Positions 25,198 through 27,426 of a stretch of 27,426 nt of DNA are shown here, in pieces (position 1 is the stretch's first letter; every line of letters begins with the position of its first letter). A program made the translations under genes and the position numbers. The notes under the pieces are model-generated. The model saw nothing but the letters and a program-made list of their open reading frames with translations. It was not told the DNA's origin and made no database searches. This DNA is from Candidatus Thorarchaeota archaeon (GTDB lineage Archaea > Asgardarchaeota > Thorarchaeia > Thorarchaeales > Thorarchaeaceae): positions 1-27,426 of the forward strand of contig JBHLRS010000043.1 in NCBI GenBank assembly GCA_048882325.1, given 5' to 3'.

Positions 25198-26297
25198 CTC
25201 ACTGGTCGCCAGTAGATTCCAAGTTCGTCAGCTGTGTTGAAAGCAAGCTCCATCTCTTGTGAATTTACAGGACGAGCGATGTCTCTGAAGCGCTCTCTGT
25301 CATGTCGCACCTTATGTTCGGGTCTGTACTGTCCCATGATGTTCATCATGCAGTCAGGCATATTCTCTGAAACCCATTTGAGTATTGGTACGGTACAGCA
25401 CTCCACATGGTTTGGCATGACAAGATGACGAATGATGACCTCGCCTGAATCGTATGCTATGAGATGGTTTCGTGACACAATGTCAAAATAGTCCTTCACA
25501 CCTGAGAGCCGCTCTGCACAAGCATTATTCCCATACTTGAAATCAGGGAGCCAGACATCAAATACATCAAAGAGAAGTCGCATCGTGTCTTCTGAGCAGT
25601 AGAGATTTGAGTTCCAGAGCTGTGTCACATTTGAGATTTGATGGAGCTGGGAGGCAAGGATTGTATGGGTGTTAGGTATGGGGTCCCCACCAACATAGTT
25701 GATGTTGAGTGCTCCGTCTCGAAACAACGCCTCAGCAATTGATGCTACACCCTCAGGAGCCATCGCTCTCCCGGAATAGGGATCTGTGGAGATGTCGCTG
25801 TTCTGACAGAAAACACATCCGAAGCAGCATGATGAGAAGAAGATGGTGCCACTAGGAACCAGGGGAGCCTCTTCACCAGTGTGAAGGAAAGCTGATGAAA
25901 CACGTGAGGTGGACCCTAGCTTACACCATCCCTCTTCATCACGGGTTCTATCCGCGCCGCAATTTCGCTCGCAAAAATGGCAGTCAGCAAGAATACGATG
26001 AGCAAGCTCAACCTTAAGGTTCAGAAAGGTCCGTTCGAGGTCAGGCAGTGGTCCGGGGGTTTCGTCTCTCGAATCAACATCCTTGACAAACTTGGTGAAC
26101 CGCTCCGAGTCCTCTTTGTGAACCCTCCAGAGCTCTTCAGTGGAAGAATCTAGGGGAATATCACACGCCTGTGCTTTCGCGAGAAGATATTTTGCGGTTC
26201 GTTCCTTATCGATGATCTTTCTATATCTTGAGAGTCGGCGGACAACCTCAGGATCACTCCAGGCTCGTTTCGCATCAGGTCGGATAAGACGCCACAT
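25194..26297 (-). CDS. pflX: Radical SAM protein, PflX family (pyruvate formate-lyase activating enzyme-like)
   Basis: N-terminal CHFCERNCGADR...C; HTGEEAPLVPSGTIFFSSCCFGCVFCQN (CxxxCxxC); NINYVGGDP; WLPDFKYGNN; IIRHLVMPNH; NIMGQYRP. Confidence 0.88.
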   Translation of the reverse strand: MWRLIRPDAKRAWSDPEVVRRLSRYRKIIDKERTAKYLLAKAQACDIPLDSSTEELWRVHKEDSERFTKFVKDVDSRDETPGPLPDLERTFLNLKVELAHRILADCHFCERNCGADRTRDEEGWCKLGSTSRVSSAFLHTGEEAPLVPSGTIFFSSCCFGCVFCQNSDISTDPYSGRAMAPEGVASIAEALFRDGALNINYVGGDPIPNTHTILASQLHQISNVTQLWNSNLYCSEDTMRLLFDVFDVWLPDFKYGNNACAERLSGVKDYFDIVSRNHLIAYDSGEVIIRHLVMPNHVECCTVPILKWVSENMPDCMMNIMGQYRPEHKVRHDRERFRDIARPVNSQEMELAFNTADELGIYWRPVS

Positions 26298-26352
26298 ATC
26301 AATCTAGCAAAACAGCTTCAGGATAAAAGGACTATGAGAGAGCAAAGGCTGG

Positions 26353-27327
26353 TCAAATCATTGATTTTGTTGAGCTCTCTATAACGTGAGCGACCGTTGC
26401 AGCTAAAGTGATTGTTCGGTGCTTTAGCCAGAACTGTGTGATGTTGCGATTGCTATCCAATAATTTTCGTGAGGCAAGAAGACCAGACTGAACAGGAGGG
26501 ATCGAAGAAACCAGACAGTTGCTAGAGACTGTTCCCTCATCTATGAACCAGTCTTTGAACTCCTTTGCATGAGTTTGGTTTCGCTCTGGATGATTGAAGT
26601 TGTCTAAGCTCAGCCAGTTGAGAGCAAACACAGCATCAGCATCCCGCAGAGACCCTTCAAACTCGTTCTCCTCCTCAAAAAGCACATTGCAACACACGGA
26701 TGTGTCACGAGCTACCTGACACACTCTGTTCGAAAAGGAGAACTTTGAAGGGGTGACAAGACGAACATTAGCCCCAAAAGCAAGCGCAGCAATCAGCAGA
26801 CTATGAGCTGGAGCAGGATTGACGAACTGGTTTCCAAAAGCCCATGTGACAACGACTTGCTTCCCTGAGATCTTACGGAGTCTTGAATCAAGTCCCAACA
26901 GTGTTGTTAAAGCATCTTGCCATGCATAGACATCATCATGCAGGCTTACCAATGGCACACTAGAAACATCAGCAAACTGGTTCGTCAGGATTCTCCCCTC
27001 GCCAAAGGTTTCACTGCTGGAGAATGCAGTCAATAACAGGTCCACTGCTTCACTTGACATCCGTATGGAATCTAACATCGAATCAGTCGACATGCTTTCC
27101 GCGTTGGGCCAACCAACATTGACTAGCTTGTGACCAAGACGAGCTGATGTTATATCAGAAACTAGAGTTTCGTGTGGAGATTCACCATGAAAAGCACGAC
27201 CAATGACCTTGATGCTTTGTAATGAGTCACGGACTGTTGAGAATCCTTTTGAGTCGATGGTCTTGGCAATTTGGAATATGCTCTGAAGCGTTGGTTTGCT
27301 GGGCAATACATCGTTTTGGGGAATCAT
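26353..27327 (-). CDS. Aspartate/ornithine carbamoyltransferase-fold protein (YgeW-like) lacking catalytic motifs
   Basis: VPLVSLHDDVYAWQ (at the VPVIN..D..HPxQ position), GKQVVVTWAFG, FGANVRLVTP, LRDADAVFALNW, SSIPP (at the HCLP position); no STRT. Confidence 0.7.
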   Translation of the reverse strand: MIPQNDVLPSKPTLQSIFQIAKTIDSKGFSTVRDSLQSIKVIGRAFHGESPHETLVSDITSARLGHKLVNVGWPNAESMSTDSMLDSIRMSSEAVDLLLTAFSSSETFGEGRILTNQFADVSSVPLVSLHDDVYAWQDALTTLLGLDSRLRKISGKQVVVTWAFGNQFVNPAPAHSLLIAALAFGANVRLVTPSKFSFSNRVCQVARDTSVCCNVLFEEENEFEGSLRDADAVFALNWLSLDNFNHPERNQTHAKEFKDWFIDEGTVSSNCLVSSIPPVQSGLLASRKLLDSNRNITQFWLKHRTITLAATVAHVIESSTKSMI

Positions 27328-27426
27328 CGTTCGAACACACTGTGTATGCTTCTAGTTAATATGTTTCCTACAAGACCATTTCTAGGCAAACCATATCAGG
27401 AGAGATGGACTCACAGAATCGGGAGT

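Noticed and set aside
26353-27327. argF/pyrB call
   Set aside because: STRT, HPxQ and HCLP are missing, so catalytic OTC/ATC activity cannot be supported.
27405-27426. Possible start of a plus-strand gene (AGGAGAG-ATG, MDSQNRE...)
   Set aside because: Only 7 codons before the window edge; cannot be verified.

Overview
Archaeal-type genomic DNA. My taxonomic guess is an Asgard/Thorarchaeia-like lineage, inferred only from GGTGA/GAGGT Shine-Dalgarno-like motifs, BRE/TATA-like intergenic elements and the protein repertoire. Core-looking genes (5'-truncated pyruvate kinase, an SDR sugar epimerase, a sugar-phosphate nucleotidyltransferase, hypC, a PflX-type radical SAM protein, a carbamoyltransferase-fold protein) are interleaved with a ~20-kb surface-glycan locus. 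That locus encodes hexuronic-acid nucleotide-sugar synthesis, one GT2, three GT4s, a GT-C-like membrane protein, a Wzx-type flippase, a CapK/PaaK-like ligase, DUF362, a methyltransferase and a 1323-aa membrane-anchored beta-propeller/Asp-rich-repeat protein. An arylsulfotransferase and an O-acetyltransferase lie separately further right. Several features are missing from the ORF track: (i) a full-length hypC pseudogene at 24280-24519 with an ATA start and two internal stops; (ii) a second, diverged copy of the hypC 3' end plus its downstream promoter-like element at ~22437-22589, so the AT-rich arylsulfotransferase gene lies between two hypC-derived direct repeats; (iii) the arylsulfotransferase signal peptide, which is out of frame by one base across T6/T7 runs; (iv) a perfect 13-bp inverted repeat bracketing the hypC pseudogene. 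The last gene is a YgeW-like carbamoyltransferase homolog lacking all canonical catalytic motifs. I saw no rRNA, tRNA, CRISPR array, transposase or integrase.
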